Source: Rebecca billardiae RCC1528 (taxonomy: Eukaryota > Protista > Haptophyta). Taken from it: a stretch of 64,000 nt of DNA. Below, piece by piece: positions 10,434 to 22,445 of this stretch. How positions within the stretch are numbered: the first letter of the stretch is position 1; each line of letters begins with the position of its first letter. The notes below the pieces were generated by a model. The model worked only from the letters and a program-made list of their open reading frames with translations. It was not told where the DNA came from and did no database searches. A program made the position numbers and the translations under genes. Location of the stretch: NCBI GenBank assembly GCA_965240325.2, contig OZ251222.1:4588001-4652000 (forward strand), in the 5' to 3' direction.

Positions 10434-10434
<1 letters not shown>
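9009..10434. mobile_element. Non-autonomous DNA transposon with CAC...GTG termini (CMC/Transib-like ends), 1426 bp, inserted in a (CT)n tract
   Basis: Left end CACCTTGAATGACCCCAG versus reverse complement of right end CACCTTGACTGCCCCCCAG; both flanks are CTCTCTCT; no recognisable transposase. Confidence 0.65.
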
Positions 10435-10474
<40 letters not shown>

Positions 10475-10506
10475 ATATATATATATATCTATATATATAT
10501 ATAGAT
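10435..10506. repeat. (CT)n then (TA)n microsatellite
   Basis: Directly visible. Confidence 0.95.
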
Positions 10507-10765
10507 AGTCGATCAACAATAGGTCGTACCACGATCTGCTCAGCCGACAGCGGCCCACTACAGTCCGCGAGTGACCCACACTCCGCACTCGCCACGTCAC
10601 TCCAGTCCCAAGACCGGGCAAGACCCGACTCCGACACTCCGAACTCCGCCACTCGGTCTCGGACGCGAGGGGCGTCGTGAGGCGGCCGGAGGCGCCGGCA
10701 CATCCCGCCACATGTACGTGGCGCTTGTCGAAGCCAGGCGCAGCACAAAGCCGCCCACAGCACGA

Positions 10766-12058
10766 TCAGCGCTTGAGCTGCTCGGATTCGAACGGCGTGT
10801 ACGGCGCGTCGTCCGCGTCCCGACTCGGCTTTGCGGGCGTGGCTTCCGGCGTGTGCGGCATGGCGCGTGGCGTGTCCTGCCCAACCGCAAAGTGCACGCC
10901 GCACGCGAGCTCGGAGCGCACCCACAGCTCGCGCGCCATCGCCTCGTCGTTGGCGTGGCCCGCGGGCTTGCAGCGCACGGGCGCGCCGTGCGTGCCCTTC
11001 TCGGGGCCGTAGAACGCGCCCGACTCGACCAGCGGGTGCGTCGCCGCCAGGATCAGCGGCAGCGCGCCGTCCTCGGCCGACTGCGCAAAGTGTTTGCAGA
11101 AGAAGCGCCAGCCGGGCATGTTGCCAGCGCCGCCTGCCACCTGCTGAAGCTGCGTCGACGCGAAGCCGGGGTGCGCGCACACGGACTTGACGCGCGCGTC
11201 GAGCCCCGCGGCCTGCAGCCGGCGGTGCAGCTCGAGCGCGAAGAGCACGTTCGCCAGCTTCGACTGCCCGTACCGCACCCACGGCCGCGCGGCCGGGATG
11301 CGCCCCGCGAGGCCGCAGAAGCCGTCCGCGCCGCCCTCGTTCAGGTCGTCCACGTTGATGCGCGGCGAGCCCGCCTTGTGCGCGAGGGACGAGTGCGAGA
11401 CGACGCGCGCGCCGCCCGGCGCGCGGAGCATCAGGTCGAACAGCTCGTACGTGAGCAGGAAGTGCGCCAGGTGGTTCACCTGCAGCTGCACGTCCCAGCC
11501 GTCGGCCGTGAGGTGCCTCGAGACGCCCATCAGCCCCGCGTTGTTCACCAGCACGTGCACGCAGCCGTGCGCCTTGCGGAAGGCGGCGGCGAAGGCGCGC
11601 ACCGAGGCGAAGGAGGCGAGGTCGAGCTGCGCCACCTCGAGCACCGCCTCCACCCCCGCGGTGAGGCGCAGGTCCGCCTCGATCTCCGCCTTCGCCTGCC
11701 GACCCTTGCCCACGTCTCGGCACGCGAGCACCACCGTCGCGCCCTTGGCCGCGAGCGCGCGCGCGGTCCAGTAGCCGAGCCCCGAGTTGGCGCCGGTGAC
11801 GATGGCGATCTGCCCGCTCAGATCGCGCACCGAGTTGGCGACGAAGCTCTTGTACAGCTTCGACGGCACGCGCGGCACGGGCGGCTGCTTTGAGAGCAGC
11901 GGCGAGTACATCGCAGACATGTCGGACGGCGCGTCGGAGGGCTTGCCCGCGCTCGGGGGCGCCTCCTTGGCGGAGGGGAGCTCGAGGAGCGGGTCCGCAT
12001 CGACGCTGCGCGGCGGCGCGAACAACCGCGCGAGCGTCGGGCACAGCCGGTCGCACAT
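10766..12058 (-). CDS. Short-chain dehydrogenase/reductase (retinol dehydrogenase/WWOX-like subgroup)
   Basis: IVTGANSGLG, QLDLASFASVRAFA, LVNNAG, VNHLAHFLLT, catalytic YGQSK, AHPG. Confidence 0.93.
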   Translation of the reverse strand: MCDRLCPTLARLFAPPRSVDADPLLELPSAKEAPPSAGKPSDAPSDMSAMYSPLLSKQPPVPRVPSKLYKSFVANSVRDLSGQIAIVTGANSGLGYWTARALAAKGATVVLACRDVGKGRQAKAEIEADLRLTAGVEAVLEVAQLDLASFASVRAFAAAFRKAHGCVHVLVNNAGLMGVSRHLTADGWDVQLQVNHLAHFLLTYELFDLMLRAPGGARVVSHSSLAHKAGSPRINVDDLNEGGADGFCGLAGRIPAARPWVRYGQSKLANVLFALELHRRLQAAGLDARVKSVCAHPGFASTQLQQVAGGAGNMPGWRFFCKHFAQSAEDGALPLILAATHPLVESGAFYGPEKGTHGAPVRCKPAGHANDEAMARELWVRSELACGVHFAVGQDTPRAMPHTPEATPAKPSRDADDAPYTPFESEQLKR

Positions 12059-12191
12059 CGTCGAGGCGGCGGAGGGGGCGGTCCAGGACCCAGCCCGAGC
12101 GGCGTCGCCGTGGGATTCTCGAGCACTCGATCGGCCGAGCGGCCCAGCCGGAGCGGAAGCAACAGAAGACAGTGCAGAACAGCGCAGTCCG

Positions 12192-14764
12192 AGACCCCTT
12201 CAGGGAAATCGGCCTTGGCTTGGGTCAGCGCGCCGCTGGTGGCTTGGGTCGCACCCAAGCCACTCGCGGCTTGGCTTGGGTCAGGGAGATCATACGGAAT
12301 GCCGCTCAGATCATATGCCGTGCGCGCATGCGCGCGGCCTCGCGGCCGTGCACGGCCGCGCACGGCCGGGCACGGGCGCGGCGGGCCGGCATTGGCGGTC
12401 GCACACCAGCGCTGGGGTGCGTGGCACCCGCCCGCGCCCTCGGGGCGTGCCCGCACGCCCTCCTCCGCCGCCGCGCATCGCGCTTGTGCCTGCGGCCTCG
12501 CGGCCCGCCTGGGCGCGCCGAAAGCACGGGCGCACACCGAGCCGCTTGTGGCGCATCAGGCCCGTCGCGTGGGCGCATGGCATGGTCATTGGTGAGCATA
12601 CGCCGTCGGGCTTTCGCGATGCCGGCTGTGCGGAGCCTCCCGACCACGAGCACCGCGCGTTGCGCAGCCGAGCCCAGGCAGTGGCCGGGCTGACCGCTCG
12701 GACGCTCGGCGCCGCCAAGCAACACACCGGCGTTCAGGACGAGGCGGCACGCAGCGTATGCGGCAGCTGTAGACTACGTGCCATGCGCCAAGCCGCGTGT
12801 GGAGTGTCAGAACGACCATCTTAGCCCTCACGATCGTGCCGCGCGTGGGGATTGCACACAAGCAGTGCTCGAGCTCGCTCCGACCGCAGGCGTCGAGCTG
12901 GGAAAGCCGTGTAGTGCTGCGCGCCGGCGCGCGCGCGCGCGAGGCAGGCCTGCGCGCGGCATCGCCCGCGCCTCGGCCATCCCATCGATCGTGCTGCACT
13001 GTGAACATGATGCCAGCGGGGGCGTGATGTCAGCTATCGCCTTGTTGCGGAACACCTCCGCCACCCGCCAGCCTACTGGAGCGCTCAGCTCAGCGCTGTT
13101 GTGGCAATGCTGTGTGTGTTCGGCTGACAGCGCGAGGCAACGTTTGACAGCATGCCTTCTGCGCACGTGTGCCTACTAGGTGCGGTAGGCCTTGAAGAAC
13201 CTCAACCCGGGACTACTTGTTGCTTGTACCAGATCAGAGCGCAGAGTCAGCACTCTGACTCAGCACGTCACTGCTGTCAGTGGCGTGCCAGCAGCGCCCA
13301 GGCTGCCGGTGCTTGAGACGGCGATGCATCGAAGCCTCTGGACATTATTGCACGCTCGAAGTAGACCACGATCGCAAGTCTGTATCGGAGAACAGAACGC
13401 GTCCGGTGTACTCGCATGCCCTATCACATATCGCTGCTGCAAGTATGCCCGTGTCACATCAGACGAGTTGTCTGCCCCGGCACTCGGAATTGCTGAGGCG
13501 CGCGCGGGCCGAGCAAGCTATCAGGTCGCCACTCAGCTGCGATGAGTTGCCAGTTGATGCAATTACGGCAGCTCAACCGAGCGGGCAAACCTAAGAGCGC
13601 GTCTCAACAGCGGCAAAAGCTGCATCATAGTCTTACTGTGACCGCTGTGCTGGCATCATCGCGAGCTCGTGGGCAACAGCTGTCCCAGTACGTCGTCCAA
13701 GGCGCAGCCGACAGCGCTAAGCGTATGCTTGCGCGTGTAGATCCAAGGTTGCTTCGCTCTAGAAGGCGTGGCTCAGCTGCTGCTCGCAGTAGTCGACCAG
13801 ATATACAGATCAAGCGCGAGGACGGTGTGTAGTGCAGCGGGCGCATCATCGGCGATGCTACTGTCTTCGACTGAGGGCGTGACAGAGAACTGTCACCATG
13901 TGCCCAGCCCATGATGATGTAGGCAGCGCGCACTCACCACACCGGTATATCATTGGTGCAAGCACGATCGATGGGATGGCCGAGGCGCGGGCGATGCCGC
14001 GCGCAGGCCTGCCTCGCGCGCGCGCGCGCCGGCGCGCAGCACTACACGGCTTTCCCAGCTCGACGCCTGCGGTCGGAGCGAGCTCGAGCACTGCTTGTGT
14101 GCAATCCCCACGCGCGGCACGATCGTGAGGGCTAAGATGGTCGTTCTGACACTCCACACGCGGCTTGGCGCATGGCACGTAGTCTACAGCTGCCGCATAC
14201 GCTGCGTGCCGCCTCGTCCTGAACGCCGGTGTGTTGCTTGGCGGCGCCGAGCGTCCGAGCGGTCAGCCCGGCCACTGCCTGGGCTCGGCTGCGCAACGCG
14301 CGGTGCTCGTGGTCGGGAGGCTCCGCACAGCCGGCATCGCGAAAGCCCGACGGCGTATGCTCACCAATGACCATGCCATGCGCCCACGCGACGGGCCTGA
14401 TGCGCCACAAGCGGCTCGGTGTGCGCCCGTGCTTTCGGCGCGCCCAGGCGGGCCGCGAGGCCGCAGGCACAAGCGCGATGCGCGGCGGCGGAGGAGGGCG
14501 TGCGGGCACGCCCCGAGGGCGCGGGCGGGTGCCACGCACCCCAGCGCTGGTGTGCGACCGCCAATGCCGGCCCGCCGCGCCCGTGCCCGGCCGTGCGCGG
14601 CCGTGCACGGCCGCGAGGCCGCGCGCATGCGCGCACGGCATATGATCTGAGCGGCATTCCGTATGATCTCCCTGACCCAAGCCAAGCCGCGAGTGGCTTG
14701 GGTGCGACCCAAGCCACCAGCGGCGCGCTGACCCAAGCCAAGGCCGATTTCCCTGAAGGGGTCT
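12192..14764. mobile_element. Foldback element: 804-bp terminal inverted repeats, 965-bp spacer, 7-bp target-site duplication CAGTCCG
   Basis: 12192-12995 is the reverse complement of 13961-14764 (mirror ORFs translate identically); CAGTCCG at 12185-12191 and 14765-14771. An alternative boundary 12191-14765 gives a 5-bp TSD AGTCC. Confidence 0.92.
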
Positions 14765-14931
14765 CAGTCCGCAGCGGTGCGGTCCGGCGCACGCCGGGCG
14801 GCCTCCGCCGCACCGGACCGGAAGTTGGCCCACCTGCCATCGGCCAAACCAGTCCGCATGACCGCTTGCAAGCACAGCGGCTCAACCGTCAGCGCCCCCA
14901 TCGCGCGCGGCGAGTGCAACGAAAAGGCGGC

Positions 14932-16757
14932 ATGCGACGCGGCCAGCGCGGGCAACCGCAGCTCGACCAGCAGACCTACCTCCGTGAGCTGCAGCTCCAG
15001 GCGGCTGAGCAGAAGCGCCGCAAGGAGGTGCGCGCCCCGCGCCCCGATGCCCTGCACTGGCGCGCGCGCGCGCGCGGGGCGCGCAGCGCTGATGGCAGCG
15101 CTTCGCGCCGCCCGCCGCTGCCGCCGCGCTCGCTCCGGCAGGTGGAGCAGCTGGTGGACAAGCACGAGGTGCTGCAGCAGCTTCAGAACAACCCGCTCGC
15201 GCAGGTCGGCCACTCCGCGGCCGAGCCCTCCCGCGCCGGCGACCGCGAGCTCGCGTCGCTCATCCGCGCGCAGGACGAGCGTCTGCAGGCGCAGCAGCAG
15301 CGGCTGGGCGTGGACGCGCAGGCGGCGAGCGAGCAGAACTACCGCCGGCTGCCGGCGTGCAGCAGCAGCCCGGGGCAGCGTGGCGCCGCGGGTGCCGGCG
15401 GCTCGGCCGGCGGCGTGCCCGCCGGCCTGCCGTGGGCGCGCGCAGGCGTGGGCGCCGTGCCGGGCGCAGGCGGCGCGCCTCCGGCCGCGTCGGGCGACGA
15501 CGCCGCGCGCGCGGCGGCGAAGGCTCGCCTCTTCGAGCCGGAGGGCGTGGTCGTGCGCGCCGCGGGTGCGCAGGGCCCGTCCGCGGGCCAGTCCGCCCGC
15601 GACCGCATGTGGGAGGAGAAGCGCCGCCAGCGCATGGGCGAGGCGGGCGGCGGCGGCGCTCCGCTGTACGACGCGCCGCGGCCGGGCGGCGGCCAGCCGG
15701 GTGGCGGCCAGCAGCCCGCGCACTCGGCTGTGGGCGGCGGCGGCGGCGGTGCGCCCGTCGGGGTGCGCGCGGCGGGTGGCGAGCCGCGCTCGCGCCGCGA
15801 CGAGGTGTACGAGCAGAAGCGGCGCGAGCGCCTCGCGCGCGAGGGCGGCGGCGGCGGCGGCGGCGGCGGCGACAGCGGGCACTACGGCTATGGTGGGCAC
15901 GCGCCCCCCGGCGGCCACGGGGTGATGGCCGAGGCTGGAGGCCGCCCGCCGCCGCTCGGCCTCGGGCAGCCGCGCTCGGACGCGACGTCCTCGCAGCCGC
16001 CGTCGAACCCGCTCTCGCCGCCCACCTCCGACGAGCCGCGCGCCCACGCTCGCGCGCCCGCGCCGCACGAGCGCGCGGACGGCGCATTCCAGCAGCCCGG
16101 GGCGGAGGGCGCGCGCCGCCGGCAGGAGCAGGCGGCGTACCGCGCGCAGCTCGACGCGCAGACGCGCGAGCGCGACGCGGCGCGCGGCGTGCGCGGCGGC
16201 GGCGGCGGCGCCACGGCCGCCCAGCCCGGCGCGGCGTACGCCCCCGCCGGCGGCATCGCCGAGCTCGGCGCCGCTGACTCGGACGCCGAGCGCAAGCGGC
16301 GGCAGCAGGAGGCATACAGGGCGGAGCTCGAGGCGCAGATGGCGGAGCGGACGCAGCGGGAGGGGCGCAGCCGCGAGCGCAGGATGGGCGGCGGGGAGGC
16401 GGGCGCGCCGGGCGGTGCGGGCAGCCCGGGGCTCGCCGACGCGGACGACGCCGCGCGCCGCCAGCGCCGGCAGCAGCAGGACGCGTACCGCGCGGAGCTG
16501 GACGCGCAGATGCGCACGCAGCCGCACGGCGGCGCCCAGCGCGCCGCCGAGGCGCGCGCCGGCCGCGACGCGCCCGGCGGCGGCGCCGGCGGCGGCATCG
16601 CCGCGATCGGCGCGTCGGAGGGCGACGCCGAGCGCAAGCGGCGGCAGCAGGAGGTGTACAGGGCCGAGCTCGAGGCGCAGATGCGCGCCAAGGAGGCGCG
16701 CGACCACCAGAGCCGCGAGCGCCGCGCCGCGCCCGCGCGCTCGATTGTGGACGCGGT

Positions 16758-16788
<31 letters not shown>

Positions 16789-19700
16789 TCACCGCCCGCG
16801 CGCGCCAGCGGGTTCGGGCAGCAGCAGCCGCAGCAGCCGCACCAGCAGCCGCACCAGCAGCCGCACGGCGGGTACGACGCGCGCGACGCGGCGCTGGGCG
16901 CGCGCCACCCCGGCGGCGGCGGCGGCGGCGGCGGCGGCATTGCCGCGCTGGGCGGCTCTGACGACGGCGGCGCGCGGCACGCGGCGCAGCGCGCGTACGC
17001 CGCGGAGCTGGAGGCGCAGATGGCGGCGAAGCGCGCGGCGGAGGAGCAGGGCGCGATGGGCACCGCCGCGCGCCGCCGCGCCGCGCGCGCCCACGCCGAC
17101 GCCGCCTCCGCGCACGCCGACGGCAGCGGGTCCTTCTTCCCCTGGGGCAAGCCGGGCGGAGGCGCGCCGCTGCGCGACCGCTCGGGCGCGGTCGTGGCGG
17201 ACCTGCACTTGCTCAAGGAGGGGGAGGCGCCGAGCGTGCTGGGCGGGCAGGCGTACCCGGCGGCGAGGTACGACCTGCCCGGGCCGGGAGTGGGCGCGGC
17301 ACCCTCGCCGCCCCTCGCCTCGCCGCCCGCCGACGGCGGCGGCGTCGCGGGCGTGCTCGGCGGCGGCGGCGGGTTTGGCGGCGTCGGCTCGGGCGGCGGC
17401 GGCGGCGCGCCGGTCGCGCCGCGCCGCGGGCTCGGCGGCGGCGAGGACAGCGCGGCGCAGCAGCAGCAGCGGCTGAGCGCGCAGCAGCAGATGAGCCTCG
17501 CGCTGCAGGAGCAGATCCTTGAGAAGCAGCAGCGCAAGGCGCGCGAGAAGGCCGAGCGCGAGGCGGAGGAGGCGGCGGAGGCGGAGCGGCTGCGGCGCGA
17601 GCAGGCGGCGCTGCGCACGGCGTACGAGAGCGAGCAGGCGCGGCAGAGCGCCAAGGAGCACGCGGCGAGGCAGGGGGCGGATGGGGGCGGCGGCGAGGGC
17701 GGCGGCGGCGCGGGGTGGCGCGAGCCTTCCACGCCGGGCGCGCAGCACTCGCAGCGGCAGCAGCAGCGGCAGCCCACGCCGCAGCAGCCCGCCGCCTCGG
17801 CCGCCCCGAGCGCGGCGGCGCCGGTGCGCGCGGTCGAGACGCGCGAAGACCGGCTGCGGCGGCAGGCGGAGGAGCGCTGGGCGCGCATCGAGGCGGCGGA
17901 GGCGGAGGAGGAGGCGAAGCAGCGCGCCGCGGCGGTGGCGAAGCAGCGCCGCGGCGGCGCGGACTCGCCGCCCGCCGCGCCCGTCGACCGCGCGTCGCTC
18001 TTCGCGCCAAAGTCGCCCGCAGCCGAGCGCGCGGGCGCGGGCGCGCCGCCGCCGCCCGAGCCGCCGCCGGGGCGGCTGCCGTGGGCGGGCGGCGGCGTCG
18101 GCGTCGGCGGCGGCGGCGGCGGCGGCGGCATCGGCGGCGCGGAGGGCGGCGGCGGCGACGAGCCGGCGCCGCCGCGCGCGCCCGCCCCCCTCTCGCCCGG
18201 CGCCGCGCCGCCGCCCCCCGCCCCCGCCGAGCCGTCCGTGCGCGCAGACGCGCTCGAGGCGCTCGGGCAGATGCGCGCTGAGCTGCTGGCGGAGCAGCAG
18301 CGGATGGCGAGCATGGTGGCGGCGCAGGGCAGCATGGTGAGCGCGCTGCAGCAGGCGACAGAGCAGGTGCTCAGTCGGCACTCGGAGCTGCAGCGCGACG
18401 TGGCGCAGCTGCACTCGCGCGAGCAGCAGCAGCACCAGCCCGCGCGCGCCGCCGCCCCGCGCAGCATCAGCTCGACCGAGATGGTGCGCACGCCTTACAC
18501 CGACGGCTACGCCGACGGGGCGCGCGCCGCCGCCCACGGCGCGCGCTACGCCGACGGGCGCAGCGAGCGCGGCGCGCAGCAGCACGCGCAGCAGCACGCG
18601 GACGGGCCGGCGCCGGGGCAGCCGCGCTGCGCGCCCGTCGCCGAGCTGTCGTCGGCGCCGCCGGGCGCGGGCGGGCCGGCGTGGCACTCGCCGCCGCGCG
18701 CCCACGGCGCGCCGCACCCGGCGCTCGGCGGCTGGCCCGGCGCGCACGGCGGCGGCGACGCGTGGCCGCGCGGCTCGCCGCCGTCGACGCCCGGCGCGGC
18801 GCGCGCGCTCGCGGGCGGCGGCGGCGGCGTCGGCGGCTCGCCCGCCTCGCTCCTCGCCGCCTCGCTCGCGGGCGAGTCGCACATGCTCGGCGCGACCGCG
18901 CGCGCGCACGCCGGCGCCGCGCCCGACGCGCCGCGCGCGCGCCCGCCCTCGGGCGGCGGCGGCGGCGGCGGCGCGCGCGCGCGGCGCGGGTGCGCGCTCG
19001 ACGCGTCGCTCGCCGCAGAGTCCGCGCTGGTGCCTGCGCTCGGGGGCACGGGCGTGGGCGGCGGCGCGCTCGTCGCCGCGGCGGCGGCGGCGGAGGAGGC
19101 GGCGCGGCAGCGCGCCGCCGCCGCCGCCGGCCGCGCGCCGCAGCTGCTCACGCCGCAGGCACCGTCGCTGGCGGGCGATTCCGCGCTGCTGCACAGCGCG
19201 GGCGGCGCGGGCGCGGCGGCGCGCGCGCTGCCGCCGCCGCCGCTCTCGCCGCAGGGCTGGGGGCAGGTCTCGCCCGCCGGGCGGCTGGGCGGCGCGGCCG
19301 CCCTCGGCGCGCTCGGCGCGTCGCACGGCGGCGGCGGCGGCAGCAGCTACGCAGACGACGCCTTCGAGGAGGAGGGCGAGGAGGAGGAGGGCGCGGGCAG
19401 CAGCGCGGCCGGGGCCAGCCCGAGCCCGGGCGCGCTCGGCCGCGGCGCCGCGGGCTCGCCGCCGAGGCACGCGCCGCCCGCGCGGCCGCACGCGCACACG
19501 CCGTCCGTCGACGGCCTGATGCTGCGCGCGGAGGAGCGGCTGCGCCAGCTCAGCCGCGGCGACGTGCGCGCCACAACCTCGGCGGCAGGCTCAGGCTCCG
19601 CCATCGCGGCGGGCGTCCCGTTCGGCAGCAGCGGCTGCAGCGCGGACGGCGGCGCGCGCGCGTCCGCCGACGCGCGCGCATACGCGCCCCCGCCGCCGCC

Positions 19701-20425
19701 GCCGCCGCCGCCGCCCGCCGACGAGCGCGCCGACTCGCCGCCGCGCGCGGACGCGCTGCGCTCGAGCGCGGGCGCGCGCGGCACGCCCAACATCGACAGC
19801 CTGATGCTGCGCGCCGAGGACAAGCTGCGCGCGCTCGCGGTGCGTGCGCGCGCGCCGCGCCACCCAGCGCCACGCGCCGCCGCGCTCGCCCGCGCCGCCG
19901 CGCGCGCGCCCGCCTCGCCGCACACCTCACAGGCCGCCCGCCGCGCGCGCGTGCCGTACGTGTGCGCCGTGTGCGCAGGACCTGGGCTCGTCGGTGGAGA
20001 GCGGCACGCCGCACGACTCCTCGCGCCGCGCCGCGTCGGCCGCCGCGGGCTCTCTGGGCGCGAGCGGCGCGAGCGACGACCTCGGCGTGCTGCGCGCGGG
20101 CGCGCTGCCGCAGCGCGCAGGCTCGGCCGCGCTGCGGCGCTCGGCGCGGCTGGACGAGCTGGGCAGCGGCGCCGGCAGCGCCGTCTCGCGCACGGGCGAC
20201 GCGATCGCCGCCAAGCTCGCGCGGCTCGAGGAGCTCGAGGCGAGGCTGGTCAACGGCGACGGCGACAAGGCGGAGCTCGACGCCGCGCTCGCGCACTTCT
20301 TCGAGGAGTCGTCTGTGGCCGACGGCCTGCACCTGCCAGAGGCCAGACTTTCGGAGGCGGGCGCGGGCGCGGGCGCGGGCGCGGACTGGACGACGGGCAA
20401 CAGCCAGCGCCGCCTGGAGTGGTAG
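14932..20425 (+). CDS. CSPP1/CCDC66-like centrosomal/ciliary coiled-coil protein; predicted exons 14932-15027, 15142-19839, 19979-20425 (~1746 aa)
   Basis: FFPWGKPGGGAPLRDRSGAVVADL resembles the conserved CSPP1 PWGKxGGGAPLRD motif; repeated QQxAYRAELxAQM helices; GT-AG introns 15028-15141 and 19840-19978 join the frames. Confidence 0.7.
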
Positions 20426-20719
20426 TAGGATAAGGAGGTAGCCTGGCGGTATATAGGTAGGCTGCGGTACGTCGATCATCGCGTCAGCATGCTGAGCATA
20501 TCATCAGCAGCAGCGTAGCAGCAGTATAGCGCATCAAGCTATGATGCGCATCATCGACGATCATCAATCATCATATCAATAATCGCGCGCCCCGGGCGCG
20601 CCGGCACGCCGCGCGGTGCCGCCTCCGCCGCCGCACCCCCGGCCAGGTCCCGCGTGCCCAGCCCCGAGCGCTCGCCCGCCCGCCCGCCCCCCCGCGGGGC
20701 GCGCCGCCGCCCCGCGCGC

Positions 20720-22321
20720 TCAGGGCGCCGCGCCGCTGCAGTCGTACTTCGCGAGCCGGTTGCACAGCGAGCGCGGCACGTGCGCCTTGACGTACGTGCC
20801 GGCCTCCCGGTAGTCCTCCTCCGAGATGGTGCCGTCGCGGTGGATCTCGGCGAGGAGGTCGCCCGCGCTGTACGGCAGGATGCACTCCACCGGCACGGCG
20901 AGGCGCAGCAGCGCCGCCTCCACCGCGAGCAGCAGCTCGTGCAGCCCCTCGCCCGAGTGCGCGGACACGAGCACCGCCCCGCTCGGCGCCACGCGGCCGT
21001 GCAGCCCGAGCCACTCGGCGGCGAGCGGCGAGCCCGGGGCGAGCTCGCCGAGCTCGCAGCCGCCGGGCCCGCCGAGCGCGCCGCCGGGCTCGCACGCCAC
21101 GTCCGCCTTGTTCAGCACGAGCAGCTGCGGCGTGCCCCCCGCGCCCAGCTCGGCGATGATCTCCTGCACAGAGACCACCTGCTGGCGCGCGCGCGGAGAC
21201 GCGGCGTCCACGACGTGCAGCACAATCGACGCGTCCTCGAGCTCGTCGAGCGTGGCGCGGAAGGCGGAGACGAGGCGCGTGGGCAGCTTCTGGATGAAGC
21301 CCACCGTGTCCGAGAAGAGCGCCTCGCGCCCCGCGGGCAGCCGCACGCAGCGCGTCGTCGGGTCGAGCGTGGCGAACAGCAGGTCGTCGGCGTACACCTC
21401 GGCGGAGCCGCACAGCTTGTTGAGCAGCGTCGACTTGCCCGCGTTCGTGTACCCGACGATCGCGACGATGGGCAGCGTGTCGCGCTCGCTCCGCTTCTTG
21501 CGGAAGCGCTCGCGCTGCGCCTGCACCTCGCCGATCTCCGCCTCGAGCCGCGAGATCTGCTTGCGGAACAGCCGCTTGTCCATCTCGAGCTGCGTCTCGC
21601 CCGCGCCGCGGAGGAAGGCGCCGCCGCTGCCGCCGCCGCCGCCGCCGGCCGAGCCGCCCTTCGCGTCCATCCCCGCGCCGGTGGTGAGGAAGGTCTGCAG
21701 CCGCGGCAGCATGTACCGCATCTGCGCCACCTGCACCTGCAGCTTCGCCTCGCGCGTGCGCGCGCGCTGCGCAAAGATCTGCAGGATGAGCTGCGTGCGG
21801 TCGAGCACGAGCACGGACGCGTCGCTGCCCGCGGAGAAGGCGGCCTGGAGGTTGCGCGACTGCGCGGGGGAGAGCTCCTCGTCGAAGACGACCGCGCGCA
21901 CGCCCTCCACCGCCGCCGCGCGGCCCACGATCTCCTCCAGCTTGCCCGGCCCGATGAAGGTCGAGGGCGACGGGTGCTGCATCATCTGCGTCTCGCGGAA
22001 CGCGATGTCGAGCCCGGCGGTCTCGCACAGCCGCTCGAGCTCGTCGAGCGAGTCGTCGACGCTCCACTCGCCCTCGAGCGTCTTGTACTTGTCCTGCTTG
22101 ATGTGCACGCCGACGATGATCGCGGTGTCGCCCTCGCTCACCGTGATCGCGTCCGAGCCGAACGCGGACGTGGACGAGAGCCGCGCGCGCGCGCGCGGCG
22201 GCGCGGCGCGGCGGTGGGGCGCGCGCGCGCGCAGCCCGTCGACGCCGCGCGGCGCGCGGCCGGGCGACGCCGCGAGCAGCACGAGCAGCTGCAGCGCGAG
22301 CGCGGCCGCCCGTCTCCCCAT
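20720..22321 (-). CDS. hflX: GTPase HflX, probably plastid-targeted (533 aa)
   Basis: GYTNAGKSTL, DDLLFATLDPTTR, DTVGFIQKLP, NKAD, LRGAGETQLEMDKR; N-terminal hydrophobic signal plus Arg/Ala-rich transit-like leader. The longer ORF start lies inside the adjacent transposon. Confidence 0.95.
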   Translation of the reverse strand: MGRRAAALALQLLVLLAASPGRAPRGVDGLRARAPHRRAAPPRARARLSSTSAFGSDAITVSEGDTAIIVGVHIKQDKYKTLEGEWSVDDSLDELERLCETAGLDIAFRETQMMQHPSPSTFIGPGKLEEIVGRAAAVEGVRAVVFDEELSPAQSRNLQAAFSAGSDASVLVLDRTQLILQIFAQRARTREAKLQVQVAQMRYMLPRLQTFLTTGAGMDAKGGSAGGGGGGSGGAFLRGAGETQLEMDKRLFRKQISRLEAEIGEVQAQRERFRKKRSERDTLPIVAIVGYTNAGKSTLLNKLCGSAEVYADDLLFATLDPTTRCVRLPAGREALFSDTVGFIQKLPTRLVSAFRATLDELEDASIVLHVVDAASPRARQQVVSVQEIIAELGAGGTPQLLVLNKADVACEPGGALGGPGGCELGELAPGSPLAAEWLGLHGRVAPSGAVLVSAHSGEGLHELLLAVEAALLRLAVPVECILPYSAGDLLAEIHRDGTISEEDYREAGTYVKAHVPRSLCNRLAKYDCSGAAP

Positions 22322-22445
22322 GCTGGCGAAGGTTGGCGGGAGGCGGCGCCGCGGCGGCGGCGGTCGGGAGCGCTGCCGGAGGTGCGCTCGGCGAAGCGCA
22401 GAGCCGATCGAGTGCTTTGCCGTGCGCTCGCGAGCTGGGCTCGCG

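Noticed and set aside
12110-14885. Mirror-image ORF pairs, and the N-terminal extension of the 14419-20433 ORF
   Set aside because: They arise from GC-rich TIR sequence; no transposase or other motif
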